From an uncultured Anaerolineales bacterium (GTDB taxonomy: Bacteria > Chloroflexota > Anaerolineae > B4-G1): a stretch of 62,462 bases of DNA. Shown in pieces: positions 9,608-20,464 of the stretch; within the stretch, counting starts at the first letter, position 1, and each line of letters starts with the position of its first letter. Location of the stretch: positions 1-62,462 of the forward strand of contig CAZGSX010000004.1 of the NCBI GenBank assembly GCA_964528475.1, in the 5' to 3' direction. Both the position numbers and the translations under genes were made by a program. Below the pieces are notes generated by a model that saw only the letters and a list, made by a program, of their open reading frames with translations, was not told the DNA's origin and searched no databases.

Positions 9608-9952
9608 ATGATTCTACAGATTCTCAGGGTGATTGGCGCTTTGGTGACGGTCGCGACCGGTCTCCTGGCGGCAATACGCCCCTCCGTCGTACCCGGTTTC
9701 ACCGGCCTGCAGACCACCGGCCCCCGCGGAGTCACCGAGATCCGCTCCATCTTCGGCGGGCTCTTCATCGCCGCGGGCGCCTATCCGCTGATAGCCGGCT
9801 CCCTCGCCACGTACCGCATGCTGGGCATGATCTATCTGACCATCGGCGCCGCGCGACTGATCTCCATGGTAATCGATGGATCCTTGTCCGAATCATCGAA
9901 CCTCATCAGCCTGGGAGTCGAAATCGTGCTCGGTGTCATCTTAGTGCTCTGA
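9608..9952 (+). CDS. small integral membrane protein (DUF4345-like)
   Basis: 114 aa, about four hydrophobic helices, Gly-rich. The family assignment is from memory only. Confidence 0.55.
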   Translation: MILQILRVIGALVTVATGLLAAIRPSVVPGFTGLQTTGPRGVTEIRSIFGGLFIAAGAYPLIAGSLATYRMLGMIYLTIGAARLISMVIDGSLSESSNLISLGVEIVLGVILVL

Positions 9953-10139
9953 CAGGCAGAGGGCACTACGCGCGGAGAGAGGCAGCGATAGGCGGCGAAT
10001 AGAGAACTGAGCCAGAGTCCGTGACCACGGATGGGAACGCCGAGGGAACACGACCATACTATCGTCGGGGCTTGCGCCCTCCGTTGCCTGACTGCAGCCC
10101 AGCAGGGCGCGCGACCCGGCCGTAGAGTAGGAGGAGGCC

Positions 10140-10913
10140 ATGTCCAGAGAGATCCATCTTTACTTGTCACTCATTCCAGAAGCGCTCATCGCCTCGATGC
10201 TCACACCAGAGGAGTTCGGCGTCTACTACGCCGTGGGGACAGCCAAGAAGGCTCACGGCCAAGCCATCTTCCTGGAAGTGGATCCGAGTTTCCGCCACGA
10301 CTACTTCCGGATCGAGGAGGGATATGGGCGCTGCATCCCTCACGAGGACGGCAGCCCCAAAGCCTCGATCTATATCTCCGTCTATCGGGTGCTTGAGCAC
10401 GTGACGCTGGACGCCCTGGGCGACCTCTACTTGGTCACCGCTGACGGACGGGTCCTGGAACTGAACGCAGCCACCGCGCTGCCCGAGGGGGACAGCGGCC
10501 TTCATCTCTACCAGGAGATTGCTCCCGTCCATCCGCTCGTCGTCAGCTCGCTGAGCCCGGAGCCGTTCTACGAGCTGATCGTCAAGAATCCAAGCATCCT
10601 CATCCGCCTCCCTGCGATTAGCTTCGCGGAGCTGCGCCTGGGCGAGCTGGCGGAGGATCCCATACACGGCGACGTCGGCGACCTGCCATACGGGCGGATC
10701 GAGCACTTGCGTCATTGCCTGATGCAGCTGGGCACGAAGACGGTCGATGCGAAGATGGTCAACCGGACCGCGTCAGCCACCTTCTCGTATCGGACTATTA
10801 AGAGCGGTATCTTCCTCGGAAACGACAGCGGCACACGGTTCTTCCCCTTCCCCTCGGAGGAGCAGCTTCGCGCCGATCATTACCGCTGGTGGCGTTCGGC
10901 CTGGTCCGTGTAG
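10140..10913 (+). CDS. hypothetical protein
   Basis: 257-aa ORF with genome-typical codon usage and SD AGGAGGAGG before the ATG. I recognise no family. Confidence 0.6.
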   Translation: MSREIHLYLSLIPEALIASMLTPEEFGVYYAVGTAKKAHGQAIFLEVDPSFRHDYFRIEEGYGRCIPHEDGSPKASIYISVYRVLEHVTLDALGDLYLVTADGRVLELNAATALPEGDSGLHLYQEIAPVHPLVVSSLSPEPFYELIVKNPSILIRLPAISFAELRLGELAEDPIHGDVGDLPYGRIEHLRHCLMQLGTKTVDAKMVNRTASATFSYRTIKSGIFLGNDSGTRFFPFPSEEQLRADHYRWWRSAWSV

Positions 10914-10957
10914 ACCGGTGACGGACACCTCATAGCAGACGACAACTAGGAGAGATC

Positions 10958-13045
10958 ATGACACTGGGAGTTCACTACTGGGCCGCTGTCGCCTTGCTCG
11001 CCGGCATCATCTCGGTGGCCGTCGCCGTATGGCTGTACCGCTGGGTCCTCCGGCAGGATCCGGGGTCTGAAAAGGCTCAGGAAGTCGCCGGCTGGATCCG
11101 CGAGGGTGCCCAGACGTATCTGCGCAGGCTCTATCTCGCCCTGACGTTGGTGGCGCTGGCCATGGGTCTCATTATTGCCATTGTCTTTGCCTTCGACATC
11201 GAACAGCTGGGAACGGGGGCTGCCCGCATCGTGCCCGGTCGTGGCGTTGCCATGGCAGCTTCCTTCTTCGCGGGCGCGCTGTGCTCTGCCGTTGCCGGCT
11301 ATCTGGGCATGAGCGTCGCCGTAGAGGCGAATGTGCGAAGCGCTACGGCTGCTCAGCGCAGCCTGAGCGGGGCCTTCAAGGTCGCCTTCTACGCCGGATC
11401 CGTGATGGGCCTGGCCATGGTTGGGTTGGCGATCGTGGGGATGAGCGTCATCTATCTCCTCACAGGAGACCCAGAGATCATCTTGGGATTCAGCTTCGGA
11501 GCCTCAGCATTAGCGCTCCTCGCCAAGGCGGGAGGTGGTATTTACACCAAGACGGCCGACATCGCAGCCGACTTGGTGGGCAAAGTGGAGATCGGCATTC
11601 CCGAGGATGATCCACGGAACCCGGCCGTGGTGGCGGATAACGTAGGTGATAACGTCGGGGACGTGGCCGGCATGGGTGCGGACGTCTTCGATAGTTACGT
11701 GGCGAGCACGGTGGCGGCCATGCTGCTGGGGAGCTCCCTCTTCGCAGCGGATCCTGAAGGACAGCTGCGGCACATTCTCTTCCCACTCATGCTCTGCACA
11801 CTAGGCGTCGTAGCCTCGCTGATCGGCATCCGGTTTGTACGCGTGGACAGAGGAGGCCGGCCTGGCCGCGCCCTCAACAGCGGAACGGTGATCACCACCG
11901 GGATCTTTGCCGCACTGGCTGCTGCACTGGTGCTGCTGGGCGGGTACAACTTAGGGCTCCTCTGGGCGACGCTGGCCGGATTGGTCACCGGTGTGCTGAT
12001 CGGCTTCACATCCGATTATTACACCTCAGCGCGTTTTCGGCCCGTGCTGGAGACTGCTCGCGTCTCCGATTCTGGCGCAGCGATCAACATCATCACCGGG
12101 TTTAGCTACGGGCTGGTCAGCATTGTCCCTTCCATCATCGGCATCGTTATTGCCACGCTCCTCTCGTTCTACCTCACGGAGCTGTCTGGGATCAGCGGCA
12201 TCTACGGCGTGGGAATCAGCGCCGTGGGGATGCTCTCCATCAGCGGCATGATCGTCTCCGCAGACGCCTACGGACCGATCGTCGACAACGCCCGGGGCAT
12301 TGCCGAGATGGCCGGCATGTCCCAGGAGGTGATCGACGTCACCGACGTCCTAGACGCAGCGGGCAACACGGCGAAAGCGATCACGAAAGGCTTCGCCATC
12401 AGTGCGGCCGCTCTCACCGTGCTCGCACTCTTCGCTGCCTACGCGGAGGTGGTGGGCGCGCGGGGCATCACACTCACGATCAGCCTTAGAAACCCCGTTG
12501 TGGTGGCCGGCGTGCTGCTGGGAGCCGTCACGCCGCCGCTCTTCAGCGCGATGACCATGCTTTCGGTAACCGAGAACGCATTTGAGATGATCGAAGAAGT
12601 GCGGCGCCAGTTCAATGAGCGCCCGGGCATTCTGGCGGGCACTGAGTCCCCCGACTACGCGACGTGCGTGGCGCTGGCCTCCCGCGGCGCTCTGTCCTCC
12701 CTGGTCTGGCCCTCCTTCATCGCCGTGGTCGTCCCTCTTCTGGTGGGCTTCGTCCTGGGTCCCGAAGCACTGGGGGGCTTTCTTGGTGGGAGCATCTTCA
12801 CCGGGGTGATCTTCGCCCTGTTCATGTCCAATGCCGGCGGTCTGTGGGATAATGCCAAGAAGTACATTGAGGCTGGTCATTTCGGCGGACCCGGCTCGGA
12901 TGCACACAGGGCTGGAGTCGTCGGCGACACCGTTGGTGACCCTTTCAAGGATACCGCGGGGCCGTCCCTTAACACGCTGATCACGGTGATGTCACTCGTT
13001 GCATCGCTGTTTGCCCCTATCATCGCCGCCTTTCACCTGTTCTAG
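10958..13045 (+). CDS. hppA: membrane-bound proton-translocating pyrophosphatase
   Basis: 695 aa, multi-TM. Signatures GGGIYTKTADIAADLVGKVE, DNVGDNVGDVAGMGADVFDSY and GDTVGDPFKDTAGPSLN are present. The Lys in GNTAKAITKG suggests the K+-independent subclass (inference). Confidence 0.95.
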   Translation: MTLGVHYWAAVALLAGIISVAVAVWLYRWVLRQDPGSEKAQEVAGWIREGAQTYLRRLYLALTLVALAMGLIIAIVFAFDIEQLGTGAARIVPGRGVAMAASFFAGALCSAVAGYLGMSVAVEANVRSATAAQRSLSGAFKVAFYAGSVMGLAMVGLAIVGMSVIYLLTGDPEIILGFSFGASALALLAKAGGGIYTKTADIAADLVGKVEIGIPEDDPRNPAVVADNVGDNVGDVAGMGADVFDSYVASTVAAMLLGSSLFAADPEGQLRHILFPLMLCTLGVVASLIGIRFVRVDRGGRPGRALNSGTVITTGIFAALAAALVLLGGYNLGLLWATLAGLVTGVLIGFTSDYYTSARFRPVLETARVSDSGAAINIITGFSYGLVSIVPSIIGIVIATLLSFYLTELSGISGIYGVGISAVGMLSISGMIVSADAYGPIVDNARGIAEMAGMSQEVIDVTDVLDAAGNTAKAITKGFAISAAALTVLALFAAYAEVVGARGITLTISLRNPVVVAGVLLGAVTPPLFSAMTMLSVTENAFEMIEEVRRQFNERPGILAGTESPDYATCVALASRGALSSLVWPSFIAVVVPLLVGFVLGPEALGGFLGGSIFTGVIFALFMSNAGGLWDNAKKYIEAGHFGGPGSDAHRAGVVGDTVGDPFKDTAGPSLNTLITVMSLVASLFAPIIAAFHLF

Positions 13046-13300
13046 CGGCGTCACCAATCCTCGAGCCGCGGAGGTAGGGAACCGAGCGCCTGGCGGACCT
13101 GACCGGGGTCGAATCTGATCGGCGAATGGGTTGCGTGCTGCGCAGTCGCCAATCGAACTGGCGCGTGTCGGGAGCGCGGACAGGCATGAGGGCGTCACTT
13201 CAGCACCTCCACAGAAGCATCCCATCTCGACGAGATGGCTCAGCGCGTCGGCTCCGCACCTTCAATCCCGCTGTTGCTGGCACGACACGGTTCCATCTGC

Positions 13301-13329
13301 TTGCTCGCGTACTGCACGCGGGCTATAAT
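13301..13329 (+). promoter_or_regulatory. candidate promoter of the ABC exporter gene
   Basis: TTGCTC (13301-13306), 17 nt, TATAAT (13324-13329). This leaves a GC-rich leader of about 120 nt. Confidence 0.45.
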
Positions 13330-13455
13330 CAAGCCTGGAGCCATGCTTGGGGGGGCTGAGTAACCGCCGGGCCGGCACGCGGAGATGCAGGTTCGGCCGG
13401 ATGGGTCCGACTGAGACCACGACATCATCGATTTGATTGAAGGAGACAGGGAAAT

Positions 13456-15192
13456 TTGAACGTGCTTAGGCGCCTTTTGAGCTACGTGCGCCCGTATTGG
13501 AAGGTGCTGCTCGGAGTCAGCTTGTTGCTGCTACTGCGCACCGGCCTGAACTTGCTTCCACCGCTGATGCAGAGACGCATCGTCGACGTGGTGATCGGGG
13601 AGGGGGATCTCTCTTCCCTTCCCCTCATGATTGGCGTGCTGATCGGGATCCATGCCCTGATGCAGGCTGTGAACTTCGGGGACATGTACGTTCGACACAC
13701 GGTGGGAGAGCGCTTCATCTTCGATCTGCGGGTCCACATCTACGAACACCTGCAGCAGCTCTCCCTCGCCTTCTACGAGGACACCTCCACGGGGGAGCTC
13801 ATGTCCCGGGTGACCAACGACGTCAACGCCCTGGAGAATTTCGTGACGCACGGCGTGGCCCTCACTGTGGTCGACTTGCTGCGACTGCTGGGCGCGTCGG
13901 CCGTTCTGCTCGTCCTCAACTGGCGCCTTGCCTTGGTCATGCTGGTCCCCCTGCCCCTGATGGCGGGTGGCCTCTGGGTCTTCAATCACCGCGCGCGCCC
14001 CATCTACCGCCGCGTGCGCGATCGCCTGGGCGACATTAACGCGACCCTTCAAGACAAGCTGGCCGGCATCCGGGTCGTGCAGGCGTTCGATCGAGAGGAA
14101 GAGGAGCTGCGCCACTTCCGTCAGGTCAGCCAGGATTACCTGGAGGAGCGCGTGGAGGCTATCCGCACCTGGTCTGTCTTCTTTCCCGCTCTTCACTTCA
14201 TCTCCGCGGTTGGCGGGGCCCTGGTCCTGGGCTTTGGCGCCCGAATGGTGGTCAATCAGGAGCTCACTCTGGGGACACTGGTAGCTTTCCTCTCCTACAT
14301 TGTCTCGTTTTACGAGCCGCTTCGCCGACTGACAGAGGTGGACAATACCTTTCAGCAAGCGATCGCTGCCGGCGAGCGCATCTTCGAGCTGCTCGACACC
14401 AAGTCGGACATCCAAGACGCCCCCGACGCCGAGCGCCTCAGGGAGGTGGAGGGGCACGTGGTCTTTGACCATGTCCACTTCCGGTATGGCGAGGGCGATA
14501 AGGTGCTCAAGGACGTGAGCTTCACCATGAAGCCTGGGGAGATGGTGGCTCTGGTCGGCCCTAGCGGCGCCGGGAAGACGAGCATCGCTAACCTCCTGTG
14601 CCGCTTCTACGACCCACAGCGGGGCCGGGTGCTCATCGACGGTCATGACCTGCGCGACGTGCAAGTCCAGAGCCTTCGGCAGCACATCTCCCTCGTTCTC
14701 CAAGATACCTTCCTCTTCAACACGAGGGTGCGAGACAACCTGCGCTACGGGAAACGGGACGCGAGCGAGGAGGAGATGGTTGCCGCGGCGGAGGCGGCGC
14801 ATGCGCACGGCTTTATCCAGGAACTGCCTGAGGGGTACGATACGCGTATCGGCGAGCGCGGGGTGAGGCTCAGCGGTGGTCAGAAGCAGCGTCTGGCGCT
14901 GGCCCGCGCCATCCTCGCTGATCCCCGCATCCTGATCCTCGATGAGGCAACGTCATCCGTGGATGCGGAGGCGGAGTACCTGATCCAGAAAGCCCTGGAT
15001 TCGGTGCTCGAGGGCCGCACCGCCCTGGTCATCGCGCACCGTTTGAGCACAGTCCGCGACGCGGACAAGATCATAGCCCTAGAGCAGGGACGAATCCGCG
15101 AAGTGGGCAGTCACCACGACCTGCTAGCCCGTGACGGACTGTACAGCCAGCTCTACCAGCGGCAACTGGAGTTGGCAGGTGAGCCCGCGTAG
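13456..15192 (+). CDS. ABC transporter, fused permease/ATPase (type I exporter, MsbA-like)
   Basis: 6-TM N-domain plus NBD with Walker A GPSGAGKTS, signature LSGGQKQR and Walker B ILILDEATS. TTG start with SD GAAGGAG. Confidence 0.9.
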   Translation: MNVLRRLLSYVRPYWKVLLGVSLLLLLRTGLNLLPPLMQRRIVDVVIGEGDLSSLPLMIGVLIGIHALMQAVNFGDMYVRHTVGERFIFDLRVHIYEHLQQLSLAFYEDTSTGELMSRVTNDVNALENFVTHGVALTVVDLLRLLGASAVLLVLNWRLALVMLVPLPLMAGGLWVFNHRARPIYRRVRDRLGDINATLQDKLAGIRVVQAFDREEEELRHFRQVSQDYLEERVEAIRTWSVFFPALHFISAVGGALVLGFGARMVVNQELTLGTLVAFLSYIVSFYEPLRRLTEVDNTFQQAIAAGERIFELLDTKSDIQDAPDAERLREVEGHVVFDHVHFRYGEGDKVLKDVSFTMKPGEMVALVGPSGAGKTSIANLLCRFYDPQRGRVLIDGHDLRDVQVQSLRQHISLVLQDTFLFNTRVRDNLRYGKRDASEEEMVAAAEAAHAHGFIQELPEGYDTRIGERGVRLSGGQKQRLALARAILADPRILILDEATSSVDAEAEYLIQKALDSVLEGRTALVIAHRLSTVRDADKIIALEQGRIREVGSHHDLLARDGLYSQLYQRQLELAGEPA

Positions 15193-15399
15193 GACTCCGG
15201 GCTAGCAAGAGCACCAGTCAGCAAGTGGGGCCTGCGAACGTGGTCCGCTGCTGCAGCGGGGGTCCTTGCTCGCGCGGGCAGCTCTGGCTTCCATTCACTC
15301 GGCAAGTCTTAGCCCGCACCCGCATGCTGGAAGACGGGGGCCAGTCGATCAACGGGTGTCGCGCACTCCCTCACACGCAGGTGGGAGATCACTGGCCGC

Positions 15400-16731
15400 C
15401 TAGGCTAGGTCGGTCTCATCCACCACGGTCCCGGACAAGACACGCGAGGCAGGACGGAGCCGGAGCGCGGCCAAGAACCCCACTGATGTCAGGCCTGCTG
15501 TGATCACGAAGAGCGTGGTATAGGATGTCCCCTCCAACAGCCATCCACCCACTGTTGGGGCCACGGTCAACACCCCTGTGATGGTGTTGCCCAACCCGAT
15601 ATACGAGGGCCGCACGTCGTCGGGCGCGATCTCGAGAAGGTAGTTGTAGAAGCCCAGCATCGTCGAGCTTTGATAAGCGCCCAACGCCACAAACACCAGG
15701 GGATACGCACGGGCCAGCAAGCCCCCGTCCGCAAGCTGCGCGACCAGCGCGAACACGGGTCCAGCGACAGAGATCGCGCTGCCCAGTTGAATCGCGTGGC
15801 GAGGACCCCAGCGATCGCTCACTAGACCCAGCAACGCTCCAGAGGCCGCCCCGGCGACCTGCTGTGCGCCCACGAAGCTCCCCACCACGGCAGGCGACAG
15901 CTTCAATACGTCCGTCGCGTGCACCACATAGAAGGGTGTGACCAGTGAGATCATCCCCACCAACACACGGCATGTCATCAAGCGACGAAAGGCCGGATCG
16001 TGCAACAAGGGGGTCAGCCATCCATCTTCGCGGTGCTTCCGGGAGGATCTCTCCATCGGGGTATGCCCGATCTCCCGCAACAGAAGCAAAGCCAGGGTAG
16101 AGGGAACGAACGCCACCCCGGCCAAGGTGAACATCAGAGCATAGTTCTGGGGAAAGGGGAAGCGAGGGCTCGCCAGGATGCGGCTGATTACCCATCCCGC
16201 CCCCAAGCCGGCCAAGCCGCTGATGACGTGAGCCCAGCCCATGAGCCGCCCACGGCGCTTCACAGGGATCGCCCGCGCCAGCATATCGAACCATGCAACG
16301 CTGGCCAGTCCATCAGTGAGAGCGAAGAGGGCGACGCAGGCAAAGAGTACCACCAGCGTGGCCACGCCACTCCTCGCTAGGCCAAACCATAGGCTGAAAC
16401 CAATAATCCAGAAGCCGACGCGGCCGGTCAGGCCGGCGATCAGGTAGGGTTTTTTGCGGGGCTTGTCACTGATCCAGCGCGCTGCGACCACCTGCGGCAC
16501 CAGCCAGAAACCATTCCAAATGGTAGACACCAAGCCGATGATTGGCGCGGAATCCGTCAATCGCCGGACGAATGCCGGCAGCACGCTATCCGGCCTAACG
16601 AAGGATAGGGCTATGGCGAAGAAGACATAGTCAACGAGGAAGGCAACGTAGTTCCAGTGGTAGTCAGGGGGCGTGGTGTCGGACGATCTTGTCATGACGC
16701 CTGATCCTACCACGAAGGGGGAGGCCGTCAA
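15400..16731 (-). CDS. MFS transporter
   Basis: 443 aa, about 12 hydrophobic segments, with an MFS-like loop motif between TM2 and TM3. The start is uncertain (alternative ATG at 16695). Confidence 0.8.
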   Translation of the reverse strand: MTASPFVVGSGVMTRSSDTTPPDYHWNYVAFLVDYVFFAIALSFVRPDSVLPAFVRRLTDSAPIIGLVSTIWNGFWLVPQVVAARWISDKPRKKPYLIAGLTGRVGFWIIGFSLWFGLARSGVATLVVLFACVALFALTDGLASVAWFDMLARAIPVKRRGRLMGWAHVISGLAGLGAGWVISRILASPRFPFPQNYALMFTLAGVAFVPSTLALLLLREIGHTPMERSSRKHREDGWLTPLLHDPAFRRLMTCRVLVGMISLVTPFYVVHATDVLKLSPAVVGSFVGAQQVAGAASGALLGLVSDRWGPRHAIQLGSAISVAGPVFALVAQLADGGLLARAYPLVFVALGAYQSSTMLGFYNYLLEIAPDDVRPSYIGLGNTITGVLTVAPTVGGWLLEGTSYTTLFVITAGLTSVGFLAALRLRPASRVLSGTVVDETDLA

Positions 16732-17101
16732 GGAACGGCTGCCCTCGCCTCTTACCGCGCTCGATGCTCCCGTCAGATTGCCGAAGAGCGAAAGCCAAGA
16801 GGCGGTTCAGCCCACAGGCGCCTTCAAGAGATATGCGACCGCGATGAAGAGCAGACGCTGAGTCCGCAGCAGGGCTCGCCAGCCTTTGGACGCCCGGGGT
16901 TCCGCATTCAGAGAGCGGATCCGTGGCGAGAGCCACGTGTGTGGGGTGACCCGTACAGGGAGCGTGGCTTAGAGGAGGGCCGCAGCTTGAAGGGCAATGG
17001 ACGCGCGGCGGGGCGACTAGTTCCCCTTCTGTACAGCAGGGGAACTCTCAGCGGGGATGTAGAGATTCCTCTTCTTCAAGCGTCGAAGGCCTAGCTCCTG
17101 C

Positions 17102-17152
17102 AAAAGGAACAGAAACTTGGGGGAGACCGTGAGACTATGTCGGTCCCCCCAA
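17102..17152 (-). terminator. intrinsic terminator after the Dps-like gene
   Basis: Minus strand: TTGGGGGGACCG, loop, CGGTCTCCCCCAA (12-bp stem with one bulge), followed by GTTTCTGTTCCTTTTG. Confidence 0.55.
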
Positions 17153-17163
17153 CCAGTTGAGTG

Positions 17164-17715
17164 CTACTCCAGGAACTTGCGGACAAACGGCGACGTGTCG
17201 CCACGTCGCAGGAAATGACCAGATGGCCCCTCACCCAGGAATTCGGAGAACCACGATTCGTGCTGAATCTCCTCGTTCAAGATGGCCAGGGCCAGGTCGT
17301 AGGTACGATGATCCTTTCCTGCGGTCAAGTTGCAGATCTCTGAGTAGCCCCTCACAGCGCATCGCTCAGCCTCCACAAGAACCTGCAAGATAGCCTCAGC
17401 ATCCGCGAGGTCGTCCGGCAGCCGTGCAGGAGGACAGGCCGACATGTCGTGGAACTCGTTCATATCGTCGGGTAGCGCGCCCCCGAGCTCGTATATGCGT
17501 GGCACAAGAGCTTCGAAGTGATTGCGGTCCTCAATGCGTGCCGCCTCGGCGATTTCCTTGACTCCTTCCCCCTCAAGCCCAATGAGGTTTGCTCTCAGGA
17601 TGGTGTAGTAGTAATACGTGGTAAGTTCTGCCGCCGCGTTCTTGATCAACAAGTCGAGCAGGTGATCGACGTCGATCCCGGCTTTCTCAACCATCTCCCG
17701 TGCTACTCTAGGCAT
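17164..17715 (-). CDS. ferritin-like di-iron protein (Dps-like/DPSL type)
   Basis: Four-helix-bundle ferritin-like sequence with Glu/His metal ligands (AAELTTYYYY, IEDRNHFE, VEAERCAVRGY, NEEIQHESW). ATG at 17715 has SD TAAGGAG. The longer ORF start at 17757 would sit on a candidate proximal -10 (TACAAT 17751-17746). Confidence 0.85.
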   Translation of the reverse strand: MPRVAREMVEKAGIDVDHLLDLLIKNAAAELTTYYYYTILRANLIGLEGEGVKEIAEAARIEDRNHFEALVPRIYELGGALPDDMNEFHDMSACPPARLPDDLADAEAILQVLVEAERCAVRGYSEICNLTAGKDHRTYDLALAILNEEIQHESWFSEFLGEGPSGHFLRRGDTSPFVRKFLE

Positions 17716-18074
17716 CTGTGGTGTCTCCTTACTCTCAGCTACCGAATTGTAGTACAACTCATCGCTCTTCTTGGCTCATGTCGTGCGATCTCTGGTATCG
17801 ACGAATCCCACCTCCTCATGGTGCGCCAGGCACCAGCCCATCTAGAAGCCAAGTGCGTGTACGGACTAGGTCCCTCACATTCAGCACTGCGCTTGCACAT
17901 CACCGCGTCGAGATTGAGATTGTCCCGCACCTAAGACGCGGCGAGCGTTCGTCACCACTGCATGAAGTGGGGTCACCCAGATGTAACACGGATGGCCCAT
18001 AGCCTCTTGCCTCATCTCCAAGAGCTTAGAATCACTTATCTGTAAAGGCTATTTATAGAGAAGTATTCTAACTA

Positions 18075-18107
18075 TGTTATTATAACAGATTGCCTTGTGA
18101 TCGTCAA
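18075..18107 (-). promoter_or_regulatory. strong distal promoter with an overlapping Fur/PerR-like palindrome
   Basis: Minus strand: TTGACG (18107-18102), 17 nt, TATAAT (18084-18079), with a TGt extension. The palindrome TGTTAT-T-ATAACA (18075-18087) covers the -10. It lies in an AT-rich patch unusual for this genome. Confidence 0.5.
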
Positions 18108-18506
18108 GATCCGTCGCGGTTCCTAGCTGTCTGACTTGATTTCAGTGAAGTCAATCGCACGCGGCCCAACCGCCTCAGACGATGCCCGACCCCCGCCAGC
18201 TGCTGCATCCCGCCAGCGCTGCGGACGCGAGTGGCCTTCGCCCCGACCCGAGGATCCAGGCGTGCGCAGCGAGGCTTGGGAATTGGTGCTTCTACAAGGT
18301 CTCGTCTCCGCCAATCGAAGAGGACAGCGCTAGCTGCCTACCGGTTGGCGCGGAGCGGGGACCCGTGTCACGGGTGCGGCCTGCCGACCCAGAAGTCGAC
18401 TTGCTAGCTAGCGGATGACGTGTGTCTGGGGCGGTAGAGGAAGCCAGGACCGTTTGTCATCCCGGCTTCCGAGGCTTTCGTCGTTGTTCGTCCGTGTTTC
18501 CAGCTG

Positions 18507-20024
18507 TCACTCGATCCAGTCGAAGGTCCGTTGCACCGCCTTTTTCCAGCCCCGATAGAGCTCCTCGCGGGTTTCTCTGTCCATCTGGGGCCGCCATGTC
18601 CTGTCCACCCGCCAGTTTTCGCGCAGCGCTTCCGCATCCTCCCAGAAGCCAACGGCCAGTCCGGAGGCATACGCTGAACCCAGAGCTGTCGTCTCTGAGA
18701 CGACAGGGCGGATCACGGGAACCCCCAGGATGTCCGCCTGAAACTGCATGAGAAGCTCGTTGTGGACCATACCACCATCTACCTTCAGGGCCTCGAGAGC
18801 GACGCCTGAATCCTGCTCCATCGCATCTAGCACCTCGCGGGTCTGATAGGCCGTGGCCTCCAGCGCGGCACGCGCAATATGGTACTTGTTGATATACCTG
18901 GTCAGGCCCACGATCACGCCGCGGGCGTCGCTCCGCCAGTACGGAGCGAACAAGCCGGAGAAAGCAGGGACGAAATAGATGCCCCCGCTGTCCTCCACCT
19001 GGTTGGCGAAGTCCTCCACGTGCTTCGAAAACTCGAACAAATCAAGGTTGTCGCGCAGCCATTGGACCAATGCCCCGGTGATCGCGATGGAGCCCTCCAG
19101 CGCGTATATCGCCTCATCGTCGCCCATCTTGTACGCCAGCGTGGTGAGCAACCCGCTCTCACTGGGGACAGGTTCGGCGCCGGTATTCAGCAGCATGAAG
19201 CAACCGGTGCCGTAGGTGTTCTTTGCCTCTCCTGAACTGTAACAAGTCTGCCCCACGAGGGCGCCCTGCTGATCGCCCAGCGCACCGCAGACCGGGATCG
19301 CCGCCCCAAAGGGACCATCGGCCGTGGTATAACCGTAGATATCCGGGTCGCTGGAAGGTCGAATGCGGGGCAGCATCTGACGTGGAATGCCCATCGTCTC
19401 GAGGATCTCCTCATCCCACTCCAGCGTCTCCAGGTTCATCAGCATGGTGCGGCTGGCGTTGGTCACGTCCGTGATGTGAGCCCCGCCGTCAGGGCCGCCG
19501 GTCATGTTCCAGATTTCCCAAGTGTCGATGGTGCCGAAGATGGCATCACCCCGCTCGGCGGCAGCGCGGAGGCCGTCTACGTTGCGCAGGAGCCAGCTGA
19601 TCTTGGGACCGGAGAAATACGTGGCCAGCGGGAGGCCGACCCGGTCCCGGAAGCGGTCCTGACCGCCGTCCTGGGCCAGCCTGTCGCACGCTTCCTTGGT
19701 GCGCGTGTCCTGCCAGACAACGGCGTTGTGGTACGGCTCTCCAGTGTTCTTGTTCCAGACCAAGGTCGTCTCACGCTGGTTGGTCACACCAACAGAGGCA
19801 ATTTCCTCGGCCTTGACGCCCGTCTTCTGGAGCGTCGCCGTGATCACGTCCCGCGTTCTAGACCAGATCTCCATCGGGTCGTGTTCAACCCAGCCGGCCT
19901 GTGGGTAGATCTGTTCATGTTCCAGCTGATGCGAGCCTACCACCTGCCCACCATGGGTGAAGATCATGAAGCGCGTGCTGGTTGTTCCCTGATCAATCGC
20001 TCCCACGTACTTCTTCTTTGCCAC
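18507..20024 (-). CDS. glpK: glycerol kinase
   Basis: FGGY kinase with [17 protein letters not shown] and strong full-length GlpK similarity. GTG at 20024 has SD AAGGGGGG. The upstream 44 codons of the tracked ORF are unsupported. Confidence 0.95.
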   Translation of the reverse strand: MAKKKYVGAIDQGTTSTRFMIFTHGGQVVGSHQLEHEQIYPQAGWVEHDPMEIWSRTRDVITATLQKTGVKAEEIASVGVTNQRETTLVWNKNTGEPYHNAVVWQDTRTKEACDRLAQDGGQDRFRDRVGLPLATYFSGPKISWLLRNVDGLRAAAERGDAIFGTIDTWEIWNMTGGPDGGAHITDVTNASRTMLMNLETLEWDEEILETMGIPRQMLPRIRPSSDPDIYGYTTADGPFGAAIPVCGALGDQQGALVGQTCYSSGEAKNTYGTGCFMLLNTGAEPVPSESGLLTTLAYKMGDDEAIYALEGSIAITGALVQWLRDNLDLFEFSKHVEDFANQVEDSGGIYFVPAFSGLFAPYWRSDARGVIVGLTRYINKYHIARAALEATAYQTREVLDAMEQDSGVALEALKVDGGMVHNELLMQFQADILGVPVIRPVVSETTALGSAYASGLAVGFWEDAEALRENWRVDRTWRPQMDRETREELYRGWKKAVQRTFDWIE

Positions 20025-20464
20025 GTCGTTGCCCCCCTTGCCTCTCACGGCTCCGGATTGGGGATGTCGCGTGGCAAACCCAAGGCCACGCGAAGAAGCA
20101 GCTTCTATTACCCAATCGCTCAGCTTCTGACCGGAACGCTCTGCGAGACGGACCACTTTGAGGGGCCAACCACCAGGTCCTCTCCGTGGTCGCCCGGTGT
20201 ACAGTCTTGATGCGATCGCAAGATAGATCCAGCGTCACACAGTGGCCCCATTGTACAACAGTTCACCTATCTCGCCCATGCCAGGGTTGGCGGTAGCCCC
20301 AACGATGCGGAGGGGCCCGGAGCATCTGCGTCCACTCTGGTCAGGATGCTCTGATCCGAACGGGATCCGTCGTACCAGACTGAGTGTCACGGATACAACG
20401 CGGGGGACAGCGCCTGATTCTACGTCCGAGATCTTCCCACCGGGAAGATAGCATCCTCAGCTCA

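Noticed and set aside
13336-13455. Riboswitch (ykkC/guanidine or TPP-like) in the ABC exporter leader
   Set aside because: There are only short chance matches (GGGUCCGACUGAGA versus the GGUCCGAGAG-type box). The other conserved blocks (CUAGGGUUCCG; CUGAGA...ACCUGAUC) are absent.
13531-14808. 425-aa minus-strand ORF
   Set aside because: It is antisense to the ABC exporter gene and has no SD or family similarity. It is a shadow ORF.
17716-17757. Longer start (MYYNSVAESKETPQ...) for the Dps-like gene
   Set aside because: The extension lacks an SD and overlaps a candidate proximal -10 (TACAAT 17751-17746). The ATG at 17715 has a TAAGGAG SD and fits family length.
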